NCBI RefSeq assembly: GCF_964188315.1
Contig: NC_135658.1
Coordinates: 29,078,001 to 29,142,000, forward strand
Direction of reading: 5' to 3'
Length of the DNA: 64,000 bases
Source of the DNA: Podarcis muralis
Lineage: Eukaryota
A model generated the notes under the pieces. It saw only the letters and a list, made by a program, of their open reading frames with translations, ran no database searches and was not told the DNA's origin. A program made the translations under genes and the position numbers. Shown here piece by piece: positions 12,670 through 24,609 of this stretch. Each line of letters starts with the position of its first letter. Position 1 is the stretch's first letter.

Positions 12670-13007
12670 AAAATTATAGATGGGAGCTAAACACTGGAGG
12701 GTTCACTGCTTCTTATGCTAAGACTTTTCCTTATTCCTGGTTGGCAACTACTTTTTAACAGGGTCCATACTTGAACTGAGCAAGGACTGGAGGGCCAAAA
12801 ACATTAGCACAGCCCCCCCCCCCAACTCATGCACAAGGTGCATCACAGACAATCAACATTTTAATCCTTTCTTCCCCTAGAATTACTATCAGCAGGGGCT
12901 TTGATGGTACCCTCCTGTTACACGTTACAGGAATCAGGAGCAGGAATTCAGACTGCTTCCCCATCATCACCATCTCTGCCTTATAGCATGAAATCATGTT
13001 GTCTTAC

Positions 13008-13679
13008 CCGCCGATGCATTTTGCGCTCTTTCAGTTCCTTCTCTTTGGGATTGTTGCCAGCAATGACTGTGAAGACACCTTTATTACTGATGTGACCATC
13101 TCTGTTCTGTTTCGTCTGAGAAATGCACGTTTTGTGCAGGCTCTCCAAAGCTGTCCTGCGCTTTGGTAGCTCTGTGAAAACATCTTCGTCCTCCTCCTCC
13201 TCTTGATCTTCTGACAAAGAAGCTTCTATGTTTGTCACCTCGCCAATCTGAATTTTGGAGTTAATCCTGTGCCGTGAAGAACATGTGCAAGCATTTAACC
13301 TGTGTTTTAATTGAATGGTTTCAGGAGCTCTGCCCAGTTTCTTGTCAGAGTTTGGTCTAGGAAGAAACTGGAAAGGGGGCTGGGCTGGATTGTCTGTGGC
13401 TTTGTAATTTGAGGAATATAATAATTCTCCATCCAGCTGGTTTTCCTCAGGCTCTCCATCAACATACAGCTGGCCAATAACTTTGGTAAGTTCCAAGGAT
13501 GTTTCACTGTATGTCAAGTGAGACATAAATGAAGGTCTTGGAGCTGTTTCCAGAAAACGACAATGGATCTCCCCTTCTATTTCTTCTTTTATCTCCTCTG
13601 AAGTCTCAAGTGGCTTGTCAGTTTTAGCAGGCCTAGAGTAAGACATCACCTCCTCCTGATCGAATGGCTGCACTTCCAT
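13008..13679 (-). CDS. Large coding exon (224 codons) of an unidentified protein with low-complexity acidic and basic tracts
   Basis: Longest non-GC-rich, non-TE ORF in the window (MEVQPFDQEE...EEEEDEDVFTELPKRRT...KMHRR). A consensus donor CGG|GTAAGA in phase 0 lies just before the ORF stop. Confidence 0.6.
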
Positions 13680-13801
13680 TCCATCAAGTTTAATCCATCA
13701 GAGAAGGCCAAACTCCATTTCATTGCTAGACATCTTGTGAAACATTCCTTATGCAGTGAAGTCTTTCATTTATTTATTGGGAGCTACATTCTTTTAGTTA
13801 C

Positions 13802-13844
13802 CTGGAGAAGCGCTGCGTGGACATTATCCAAGACTTCTTTGTTC
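13802..13844 (-). CDS. Candidate 43-nt exon (NKEVLDNVHAALLQ)
   Basis: ctaatgtagtattttgaatttcag|G...CAG|gtaact. Open in phase 2 to 0. Confidence 0.4.
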
Positions 13845-14094
13845 CTGAAATTCAAAATACTACATTAGAAATGTTACTGCATGTAAGCTCAATCTTAAGA
13901 TTCAAACCTTCAGGCTTCTTGGTAGACTTTGACCTTGTCATTCGTCCCCCACCAAAAAAGAGAGAAAAGAAATGATAAACAAAGATACATGTATGCTGTG
14001 ATTCTTCAGAAGAACAGAATGTTGTTTAGAACACAGAATTTATCTTCCTGAGAAACTTAGTCTCTTTTGGGCAGTGCCCTATGAAATGTTAGGC

Positions 14095-14235
14095 TGTATA
14101 TACACCATACACATTTAAAACACATGACTCCCCAAAGAATCCTAGGAACTGTAATTTGTTAAGGGTGATGGGAATTGTATGTCTCTAAAGGATAAACTAC
14201 AGTTCCCATGATTCTTTGGGAAAGTCATGTGCACG
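14095..14235. repeat. Abundant hairpin repeat family (ggaactgtagtt / aactacagttcc arms)
   Basis: Inverted arms. Similar copies at ~22165-22300, 28450-28600, 44595-44700 and 47110-47310. Confidence 0.7.
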
Positions 14236-15338
14236 GTGCATGCACGGTGAGTATGTAGCCGTAGACGGATGGGTGGCTGAATAAAGATGGCGCTAGATAA
14301 TGTTTGGCTGAAGATGAAACGTTTACAAGTTTCCCCTCCTCTTTTTACATGTGCAGCTACAGAGATGTCATGATTTGTTAAACCACAGTTTCCCTCTGAT
14401 GTCAGAACCAAGAAACTCTGCATTATATACTTCTTACAAGCCAGTATTAGAAACCACAGTATTATCCTGGTTTATTGCAGGGTTTGTAGGAAGTGATTAA
14501 ACCATAGTTTCCTAGACTGAGCATACTGGGGAAACTGTCGCTGAATAAGCCAGGAAGTTTCTGTAGTCAGGCACATGAGAAGGGAAGGGTTTGCTGGAGG
14601 AGGGATTTCTTAAGCTCATTGCTTGTCCCTGCTGCACCAAACCATAGTTTGTTGGACTGGCACGGGCCACTATGCTGTAAACGGTGTTTGCAACAGAAAG
14701 CACAAATATATGGCCAATTAAGTGTCTTTAAATACCCTCATACACTCCTCAGGAACCTGACCTAGGATGGTTGTTTCACAACCCACAAAGCATGCAATCT
14801 CATGTTTTCTTAACTAAGATAAGCTTAAAGCTTCATTGAAAAAAGATCACAAAAAACTTGTTAAACCCAAAAAGCACAATGCAGTTATCATTGTCTATAA
14901 AAAGATAATATGGGGAAATGATTTTGGGTACAGACTTGTCTTCATTTTATTAAAATAATTCTTCCTTTGTAGCCATATTTAATTTAGGAAATATTTTTGA
15001 CATAGCAAGTAGATCATACAAAATCACAGATTTCTGCAACTGGATGATTATGTGGCTGCACAAAAATACACAGACATTTATAAGAGCACCTAATTCCGTA
15101 CATTGAGAATGGCATAAATTGAGGAGTAGAGCCAGTGAAATGAGTTGGACTTAAATTGATCTACAGTGACTATGACTAAGTGAAATAAAACCCAAAGTAT
15201 TTTTAACTTACCACTCATTTTCTTATTATTCATCTGGTGGTGTTTTTTTTAAAGGAAAGCATATTTTTTGTTAATTATTGCTTTATGGTTTCTGTAAAGA
15301 TAATTTTTCTGACAACAGAATCAATGTGTATTGCTTAC

Positions 15339-15365
15339 CTGGTACACTTCAGTTGTCGTTTTGCC
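15339..15365 (-). CDS. Candidate 27-nt microexon (AKRQLKCT)
   Basis: tacttacttttaag|GGC...CAG|gtaagc. Length is a multiple of 3, and in phase 2 it joins the 43-nt exon with an open frame. Confidence 0.35.
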
Positions 15366-16699
15366 CTTAAAAGTAAGTACACATCAAGCATTGTTATTTT
15401 TTACTTAACCTGCATGCTTGAAGCGAAAGTTAAACCTGGCAGAAGAAACTGCAAATTAACTTTTAACAAATAGAGCTTGCTAGTTCCCACTCATCATTTG
15501 ATAGTTACTTTTGATTTCTTAAAAATGTTTTTATTGCCCCGCAGAGAAATAAACACGTAGAGAAAATAACCCACAAACCAAGGGACTAGAAATAATGCAT
15601 CTGTTATGGATATAATTTTACCTGCTCTGTTCTGCAAGACAACCCCAAATTCAATTTTTTCCATGAGTGCAATAGTAGGATTCAGCAGCTGAAAGATCTT
15701 CCAAATGTTGAGGCAGAACAGAAAGGGGGTATGAACAGATCCTTAACAAAAGGCATTTCAGATTGCTTGCTATACAGGAACTCTGTCAACAGAAGTATGT
15801 GTGAAAATCCCTGAGGCTAGAAACAGCCTTCTGCAAGCACTGGCCAAGTTATTCTGAGAAAGAAGACAGAAAAGAAGGGGGAAAGGGATGGGAAGCAAGC
15901 ATGCTTGAAAGGAACAAAAAATCACTTCTAAAAATATAATTGTGACCTGATTCTTCATACTGTCAGGCCATTGCACGACTCCTTTTATCACTTGAAGCAC
16001 CTGGAGTCAGTTTTCACACTGAATGCATCATTAATGTGTTTCTGTCAGGTTTTGGACGAATGGCTCGGAAATTTCTTTTCATGCAGCACTTTTTACATCT
16101 ACTCGAACCAGATAAGAAACTAATGCGGTGGAGAGGGGGGGAGAGGACCCTTTCCCCCACAAACAAATAAAAATGGGAGCTGTGGACATGTTTTTGGTAT
16201 TGTTTTTGTGTGCTGACATCATCCAAGAAGCTGTGGATGGAAAAAGCATGCCGCCAGAATTGATTGTGGATATGGTCTATAGATTATGCCCTTGAAATTG
16301 CATGGGCCTTGAAACTAGATCGTAGCGGCCTATAATTAATTAGGAGCGGATGCTGCTGGAAAATCTGCTGATTGGAAGGAGCACCTTTAAATATTTCAGG
16401 GGGTCCATTGCTGATCCCTGGAGTCTCCTGGTTCTGCTGCTTCCCCCCTCTAAGCATATTAAAAAGACGAGAGAAGTGACTGGTTCAGCTAGAATTCTAG
16501 AGACCTATGAAGCTGCCTTATACCAAGTCAAACCAGCAATCCATCTATCTCAGTGCTGTCAGCACTGACTGGCAGCAGCTCTCCAGCCTGGTTTCCCAGT
16601 CCTACCTGGAGATGTCAGGAATTGAACCCGGATCTTTTGTATGCAAAGCAGTTACCCAACCACTCAACCCTTCCCCAATTCTCCGCTTGGCTTGTTGCC

Positions 16700-16935
16700 T
16701 GGGGCTGCAGTGGGGCAAAAACGTGGTTACAAAGCATGGATCCACATGGATCCTCAGGATTTTTGCATTGGGCTACTCCAAACTCACTGTCAGATCACAT
16801 GTCTGTGGCCACAGCATGAACCACAAAAATCATACATCCACTGTTTCGTTTAGAATATTTTTTTTCTTGTTTTCCTCCTCTAAAAACTACGTGCGTGTTA
16901 TGGTCGGGTGCGTGTTATAGAGCGAAAAATACGGT
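16700..16935 (-). mobile_element. Tc2-like DNA transposon end (CCGTATTTTTCGC TIR + TA)
   Basis: ...gagcgaaaaatacggta. The same terminus type occurs at 59086. Confidence 0.65.
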
Positions 16936-16945
16936 AATTTGTGCC

Positions 16946-17152
16946 AGAGGTCTGTTCTTAACCTAAAACTGTTCTTAACCTGAAGCACCACTTTAGCTAA
17001 TGGGGCCTCCTGCTGCCACCGCGCCACCAGAGCACAATTTCTGTTCTCATCCTGAAGCAAAGTTCTTAACCTGAGGTACTATTTCTGGGTTAGCGGAGTC
17101 TCTAACCTGAAGCGTATGTAACCTGAAGTGTATGTAACCCGAGGTACCACTG
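16946..17152 (-). mobile_element. Tigger/pogo-like MITE, truncated
   Basis: Ends aacccgaggtaccactg|ta. Matches copies at 27874 and 63036. Confidence 0.85.
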
Positions 17153-18487
17153 TAGTTGTAAAAAACCCCCAAGAACAACCGTCAGTTAAAGTAATAACTA
17201 GTCCTGTCCCTTTTATGTTCTCTTCCGTATTTGGTGATGTCACTTCTGTTCTGCGTTTGGGAGCTAGAACCCCCCCAGGTATTGGCTCTGTGCCTGGAGA
17301 GAAGGTGGTTTTCCTGTCACACACAGGTGGCCTGGCCTGCTCCTTTTGCACTGACTGCGAATGGAAGGTAATACTGCAAGGTTATGAGCAGAGTTCAATG
17401 GAGAGCCACAATAAGCTGCCTCTGGGCCATCAGTTCACTTCCTACCTTTACATATTCTTTAAATCCCTTTGCCAGAATAAATATGGGGCTCTTAAAGTCT
17501 TTCATTCTAGCCTCCTTTGTAGTTTCCCCTCCAAGCTGTTGTCTTTCCTCTCTGCACCATATTTTGGTTAGTTTTAGGCAAGGCTCACAACCAACGCCTT
17601 GTTGGTCTGGGTTGCTGGGTATAAGCTGTGTGATGTCCACCTTCAGGTCTTTAATCGGCAAACTGTTTTCACAGGTGAAAGCCTGCTCTGCACCAAACAA
17701 CATCTGGCTTAGACCGAATGTGACAATTACAGATTTATCAGCCTTTGAGGCATATTTCATAATTAATGTCAATGAAGTGCAATACAGGAAAGAGAAATGC
17801 CCATCAGCCTAACGTCTTCAGTATTTTTCTCTCCCTTGACAGCGCCTTTAGTAACAGTTTCCAAGTGTGCCTTATCATACTGTTAAGAAAGATGATGTTT
17901 CTCATCCTTTTTGATGAAGCTACACTGCGCGCTGCATTCACAGAAGGGATATTCCATATAGCTGACAAGTCATTAATCCAGTGTTGACAGCGAAGCAGGG
18001 CAAATTTAATTTATTCCTTGGAGATTTGAGAGTGACTAATCTCAGGTGCTGACCCCAAATGACAAGTGGCAAGAATCCAGTGGCAGTTTTCAATCTGTTA
18101 GCAGATACACACACACACATATATTTTAAAAATCAATAACTGTATTTGGTTCTGAATTTGGCTGGGACAAATGTGTATATTCTGTATTTGGCTGGGGTAT
18201 ATTCAGGCTGCTCTGAGCACTTCTGATAGCCTGGATAGCACTCAGCACCTCTGAGCATGTACACAAAGTTGCACACCATCGCTTGGCCCACATGTGACCT
18301 AAAAGCAGGTACATGGAGTTGGTGTAAAGCAGCTGTGAAAAGGCAAATTCTGTGTTAGGGATCCTTATGAAAAGGATTAGGGAAATAACCACAGCCAATA
18401 ATATCAGGGGTAGCTGACCCATGGCTCGCAAGCCATTTTTGGTCCCTCAAAGGTTTTGGTTTTTGGTGGCCCCTAAAGACCTCTCTA

Positions 18488-18840
18488 GGGACACGGGTGG
18501 CGCTGTGGGTTAAACCACAGAGCCTAGAACTTGCCGATCAGAAGGTCGGAGGTTCGAATCCCCGTGACAGGGTGAGCTCCCGTTGCTCGGTCCCTGCTCC
18601 TGCCAATCTAGCAGTTCGAAAGCATGTCAAAGTGCAAGTAGATAAATAGGTACCACTCTGGCGGGAAGGTAAATAGCGTTTTCGTGCACTGCTCTGGTTC
18701 GCCAGAAGCGGCTTTGTCATGCTGGCCACATGACCTGGAAGCTGTATGCCGGTTCCCTCGGCCAATAAAATGAGATGAGCGCCGCAACCCCAGAGTCGGT
18801 CACACTGGACCTAATGGCCAGGGGTCCTTTTACCTTTTTT
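18488..18840 (+). mobile_element. Sauria SINE, full length
   Basis: Head gggacacgggtggcgctgtggg and tail tacctttt. TSD aagacctctct at 18476-18486 and 18841-18851. Confidence 0.95.
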
Positions 18841-19269
18841 AAGACCTCTCTTGATTCTATGGAAGATGTGTACTAAGTTATAGGAGCATAACACTGTAAA
18901 CACTGTAAGCACCTGAAGATGATATGGGTTCCCAATTGTACACACAGACCATATACGTGGACTATTCTTTGGATGTAGGCACCATTCCCATCTTCCATTC
19001 AAATGGTGGAAGAGCAGCAGGAACAGTAGAAACATCATCTTTTTTCTGTCCATGATCCACATATGTAGTGAGCAGATTCTGAAGGTGTGAGCAGGGCTAT
19101 TGGTTATCAAGGACCTAGTTTGTCCTATTTGCTTCTTTTGCTACTTAGATTTATCCTGATGTTTGGTGTTTCTGTCTCCAGCAACAACGTTAAGAAGCCT
19201 GGCCTAGAGGCTTTGACCAGTCTCTGGACTGCAGTGCCACTAAGCAGGATAACTAAGCAATTCTTTGTT

Positions 19270-19700
19270 TACCTATGGGACCGCCTCTCCTGGTATGTCC
19301 CACAGAGGACCTTACGGTCTTCAAACGAAAACACTTTGGAGGTCCTGGGTTAGGCTGGCCTCAACCAGAGCCAGGGCTTTTTCGGCTGTGGCTCCAATCT
19401 GGTGGAACGCTCTGTCACAAGAGACTAGGGCCCTGCGGGACTTGACATCTTTCCGCAGGGCCTGCAAGACAGAGCTGTTCCACCAGGCCTTTGGCCAAGG
19501 CACAGCCTGACCCCCTCCTTTGGCAATCCTCACAGGACTCTAGCCCAATGGCTGCCATTAATCTGATTTGAATTGATTTTATAATGAAATGATTTTAGAA
19601 TGTTGTATCATTTTAATGTTGTTAGCCGCTCTGAGCCCGGCTTTGGCTGGGGAGGGCGGGATATAAATAAAATTTTATTATTTATTATTATTATTATTCA
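19270..19700 (+). mobile_element. L2 LINE 3' end with (TTA)n tail
   Basis: ARAFSAVAPIWWNALSQETRAL...ELFHQAF, followed by the 3'UTR and microsatellite tail. Confidence 0.88.
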
Positions 19701-21130
19701 TTTGAGTCAGAATGTTGTCAGGAGGCAACTATAGTTCTGACCTCCACATGCAATCACTGATGATCCTCTCCACAATGGCTATACTCTTCCACAGCCAAGA
19801 GGTAGTATGCTTCTGAATACCAGTTGCTGAAAACTGCAGGAGAGGAGAGTGCTGTTGTGTTCAGGTCCTGCTTGCGGGCTTCCCAGGGGCATCTGGTTGG
19901 CCGCCGGGGGAACAGGATGCTAGCCTAGATGGGTCAAAGTCTTGATGCAGCAGGAGTTTGAGAACGGGACATGTTATTGATGGGCAGTTTGGGGGTGGGG
20001 AGGACGGAAGATGGATGCCTGGATTCAGTACTCCTTGGGGAAAGTGCTGGCCTGTGAGGAGGGGTGCTTGGCTGTTCTGATGTAAGGAGGGATAGGGGCC
20101 ACATTTAGAAAACTCAACTCCTTGAACCTATTTAGGCCTAGGGAGAAGTGTTTGGTGGAGTTGCATTGTTGGGGGGATGGCAGAAAACAAAGAAAGGAAT
20201 CCTAAAAATCCAGATGTGGATTTGTCATATCTGGATTTTTAGGATTTCTTTTTTAAATTCTTGATCCAGTATCAAGAGGATTTGTTGACTATTCTTCATG
20301 AAATGCTAGTCAGGGTGGGACATGTTATTTTCAGTGTGTAGGGCATCTAGCTTCTTCACCCCACAAATGGAAGGAGTTTCATTTCACAAAAGCAGAGGTG
20401 CATTCATGGGAAGGGGTTCTTCCTTTCAGCAAGCAACCATGCTGAATACAGCCCATAATGTTCCTGAATAGCAGACAATTTCTATCAATTAATGGAAGAG
20501 CAGCACAAGATCTTTTCACCCCACGAAAGGAGAAATTTGGAAGGCCTAATGAAAGAAAATGTCTAAAATGATGTTTTGCATAATTTCAATTATATGCTAG
20601 ACCTTTCACGTTTACAGTAAAGACCATAATCTCATAAACCAAATACTCATATGCAGACAACCTTCCATTTAAATGAGCTGACTTGATGTACCTTGCATGA
20701 ACACATTTGTTATAATAATTGTGAGCTAAACTCTAAAATCTTCACTCAGGCAAAATGACTGTTAGGCAAGATTTCAATCTCTTTTTACGCCATTTATGTG
20801 TCTGATTTAATAACCTGAATAATCTCTAATTTTGACCATTTTGTTTCCACCAGCCTACTTCATGATTTCTTTTATCACTATAAGTAGGTGAAGGTTAATC
20901 ATGGAAAAAGAATATTAATTAACAGTAAACCTTGGAGATTATTTCAGATTGAATCAATATAGAGTATGTGTAGTACCCAAATCAAGAAGTGGCTAAGTGG
21001 CTTATGCTGTCACTTGATGATTAAATGTCCGTTTCTCAGAGACCAAATTGAAGTTGAGGAGAGGCAGAATTAAAAATACTTCTGCTTTTGTTTTTAAAGC
21101 AGTATTGGGAAGGTGCAATTTGAAGCAAAG

Positions 21131-21430
21131 GAGGTCGGCGATTTGAAACCCCACGACGTGGTGAGCTCCTGTTGCTCGGTCCCAGCTCCTGCCAACCTAG
21201 CAGTTCGAAAGCACATCAAAGTGCAAGTAGATAAATAGGAACCGCTGCAGCAGGAAGGTAAATAGCATTTCCGTGTGCTGCTCTAGCTCGCCAGAAGCGG
21301 CTTAGTCATGCTTGCCACATGACCCGGAAGCTGTACGCCGGCTCCCTTGGCCAATAAAGCGAGATGAGCGCCGCAACCCCAGAGTCGGTCACGACTGGAC
21401 CTAATGGTCAGGGGTCCCTTTACCTTTACC
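21131..21430 (+). mobile_element. Sauria SINE, 5'-truncated
   Basis: Body and ccctttacctttacc tail match the other copies. Confidence 0.92.
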
Positions 21431-23460
21431 AGGCAGACCCCCACCTCCCCCAGCCCATTTTATTTCTACCAAGCATCCCTGGTTGCAAAGCAACCTCCGA
21501 CACCTTGTAACATGCCTGCTGGTGATAATCTCAGCATGATAGTGAATGATTATTTTTCTCCGGTACTTCAAGTTGCAGTTCCAATTCCAGAATAAATTTT
21601 TTAAAAATGAACTCTCATGTAATCCAGCCTTACTGTAGTGATAAACAAAAACCTGCTCTGTGGTTAGCCAGCATAAAGATGGTGAAGCATGCTAAAACAA
21701 GGGCCAATCCTACTTTTTAACCCATCCTACCAGCTACTGATTTAAGCAATAGACAGGCATGGGTCAAGTCACGTGAGAATTCCTCTACCCAGGACCAGAC
21801 CTACCATGAGGCAGAGGCAGCTGCCTCAGGCGGCAGCTGCAGAAAGACAGGGAGTGGACAGAGCTAGGAGTGCCCTGTGGCCTTCCCAGCATCCCTTACA
21901 CTAGCCTGCTGACCTCAGTTACAGTGAAAGTCACTGCATTTAACCATTATTGTAGTAAGATTCAACAGTCCAGCTGGCTTCTGTATGTGCCTTGGGGGAG
22001 GACGCCATATTGTTCTTCACCCCAGGCAGCAAAATTTATTGAGCCAGCTCTGTTTCTTGCAACACAGTAATGTTCAGATGCAGGATCAGGACAACATGGG
22101 GCATCTTTGATGGTCCCAGGCACTCCATCTTCCCCATCTAGGCCTGGAAGACCAAGGGAAAGTGTGTGTGCACTCCATACATTTAAAGGACACCCAACAC
22201 ATACGACTTGCCTCTCACAGAGCTGCGATTCCAGTCACCCTTGACAGACTACAGTTCCCAGGATTCTTTGGGAGGAGTCATGTGATTTAATTGGGTCTTG
22301 AGTTTATGTGCATCTGCCCTTTGTCTCTTTACTAAGCTGGGGGGAAATGTTATTAGAAATCCTTAACAGCCCGGGAGCTTTCTGCTATTAACAGATCCCT
22401 ACACTCTGTGTTTGCACTGTTTAGTTTACCTGTTTAGTTAACATTTTCCCAATCTCTCAGACAATCAGGTCTGAATTCTAATGCAAAATATTCATGCTGG
22501 AACCTGATTATAACCCTGAGCTAAAATCCCAAGTGGCATCAGTCTATGGTATCTGAAAGTATTTGCCAAAAACATGTCAGGACTCCCGCACAGTACAAAT
22601 CGCCCCATAAATTCTGCACTTACACAACATTAATGACTTCATCGTAAAAGCATGTGTTAAGGATCAAGCAAGTGGAAACGCTCAGTAAATACACCGAATG
22701 TTTTACATTGTTACTGGTGGGTGTTCCTTCTGTCCCAAGATTAATGCAAGGGCAAGAAGTGTCAGGCAAATTATAACTCTGCAAGTTATTTACGGAACAG
22801 AAATCGCCACTCTCCAATTTCCATTCATGAAGTAATTCCATACCACACAACTGTCAGACCAAGCTGGCAGAACTGCAGACGTTATTTCAAATTCCCTATT
22901 GTTCCATGACAAAGCATATACAAGGTCCATATAAACGAGAGAAAATCCTTTTCCATTTGTGTATTCAAATTGCCTGTCGTCTGTGAGCAATAATGTAGCA
23001 CAAAGTGGAAAATGTGCAGCACTAATTATATAGATGTTTTCTTTCTGATGGGTTTCTGAGGTCTACACATGCTCCAAAGCAATTTCTCTGGCCATCATTT
23101 GCACACTTAGCTTCACATGAACACCCAGAGAAGTCAAAAAGATTTGTCTCTGCAAATTTTTGTTTTGCTTGTAGGTTTCTCAGGCACACCTGGGTGGCTG
23201 TAGTGGGAAATGGAATGTGGCCTGATCCAACAGAGCTCATCTTACATTTTTAGGGAAAACAAATGTTCCTAAATATATTTTCTTTCAAATAATGATGGGC
23301 AACAATTTTTTACTTTTTGAATGTTGTCTAGATTTCTACAATGATTTAGGGTATTTTTGCACTGTTGAATCAGGAAATGGCATCCGTTTCTCTCCATCAG
23401 GTCAGCTTTACTGTAAACTGAATGGTGGGCATTGATAAAGGTACCGGTAAGTACACGTAA

Positions 23461-23550
23461 GGAGGTAGTGGAGGACAGAGGTGCCTGGCGTGCTCTGGTC
23501 CATGGGGTCACGAAGAGTCGGACACGACTAAACGACTAAACAACAACAAC
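23461..23550 (+). mobile_element. 90-bp 5'-truncated Bov-B (RTE) insertion inside the Chapaev element
   Basis: Matches the Bov-B 3' end at 63915-64000, with a (CAA)n tail. Perfect 12-bp TSD AAGTACACGTAA at 23449-23460 and 23551-23562. Confidence 0.95.
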
Positions 23551-23592
23551 AAGTACACGTAAATTGCATGTTGCTTCACCATTTTTCAAACT

Positions 23593-24609
23593 TCAGGGCT
23601 TGAACTTCCGTTTCTTGGAACTCCAGGAATGCTCAGCGGCACGGAGGTCTCTCTTCAGAGTCCAACAGTAGTCAGCCATCATGACTGCGTCCCAGCGACC
23701 CTGATACCTGGTCTCCATCTCTTTCATGTCCTGATGGAATCTCTCCCCCTGCTCATCACTCCTTGAACCCAGGTTCTCAGGAAACTGGTCCATATGTGAA
23801 AATAGGTAGTGCATCTTGACACTCATGTTGCAGCCCAGGTTTCTGAAAGCAGTCAGCATGTTGTTGACAAGTTCTGCGTAGTTTCTGGCCTTATTGTTGC
23901 CAAGAAAGTTCTTCACTACCAGAAAAAATGCCTTCCACGCTTCCAGTTCCACTTCGTTCATTGAGTTTCCGAACTCTGGATCTCTGATGAGCTGACGGAT
24001 CTGAGGACCATCAAAGATGCCAGCTTTCAACTACTCCATGGTCAATCCTGGAAAAGCCTGGCACAAGTAAGTGAAGCAGTCACCATCCTTGTCCAGAGCC
24101 TTGGTGAACTGCTTGATTAAGCCGAGCTTGATGTGTAGTGGTGGGAAGAGTATTCTGTCTCTGTCCACCAGAGGGTCGTTGATGACGTTCCTTTTTTTGC
24201 AAGGCACCAATTCCTCCCGCACAGGCCAGTCCTTCTTCGTGTAATGCTGAGCACGGTCCCTACTATCCCACATGCACAGAAAACATGGGTACTTGGTGAA
24301 GCCAGACTGTTGTCCCAACAAAAAGTTCACCATCTTCAGGTCAACACAAATAAACCACTTATGCTGATCATAACCAATTTTCTCCAGCACATACTTCACC
24401 GCTTCATAGTTCTCCTTCAGTGTACTCGAGTGAGCCAGGGGTATAGAGGCAAACTGGTTGCCGTTGTGTAGCAGAACACATTTCAGTGATCGCTTGCTGC
24501 TGTCAATAAACAGTCTCCAATCTTTGGGTTCGTACTGTGGCACTCCAAGCTTGAGCAGAAGCTGTGCAATATTTGCACAGTACACCAAGTCCTTCTCTTC
24601 CGAGAAAAA
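23593..24609 (-). pseudogene. Chapaev3 transposase catalytic core, one premature stop, N-terminus deleted
   Basis: WRLFIDSSKRSLK, ICVDLKMV, PCFLCMWD, PPLHIKLG, KAGIFDGPQ, MHYLFSH, SDEQGERFHQD. The two ORFs share a frame and are split only by TAG at 24033-24031 (expected AAG, 'MEKLKAG'). Confidence 0.92.
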
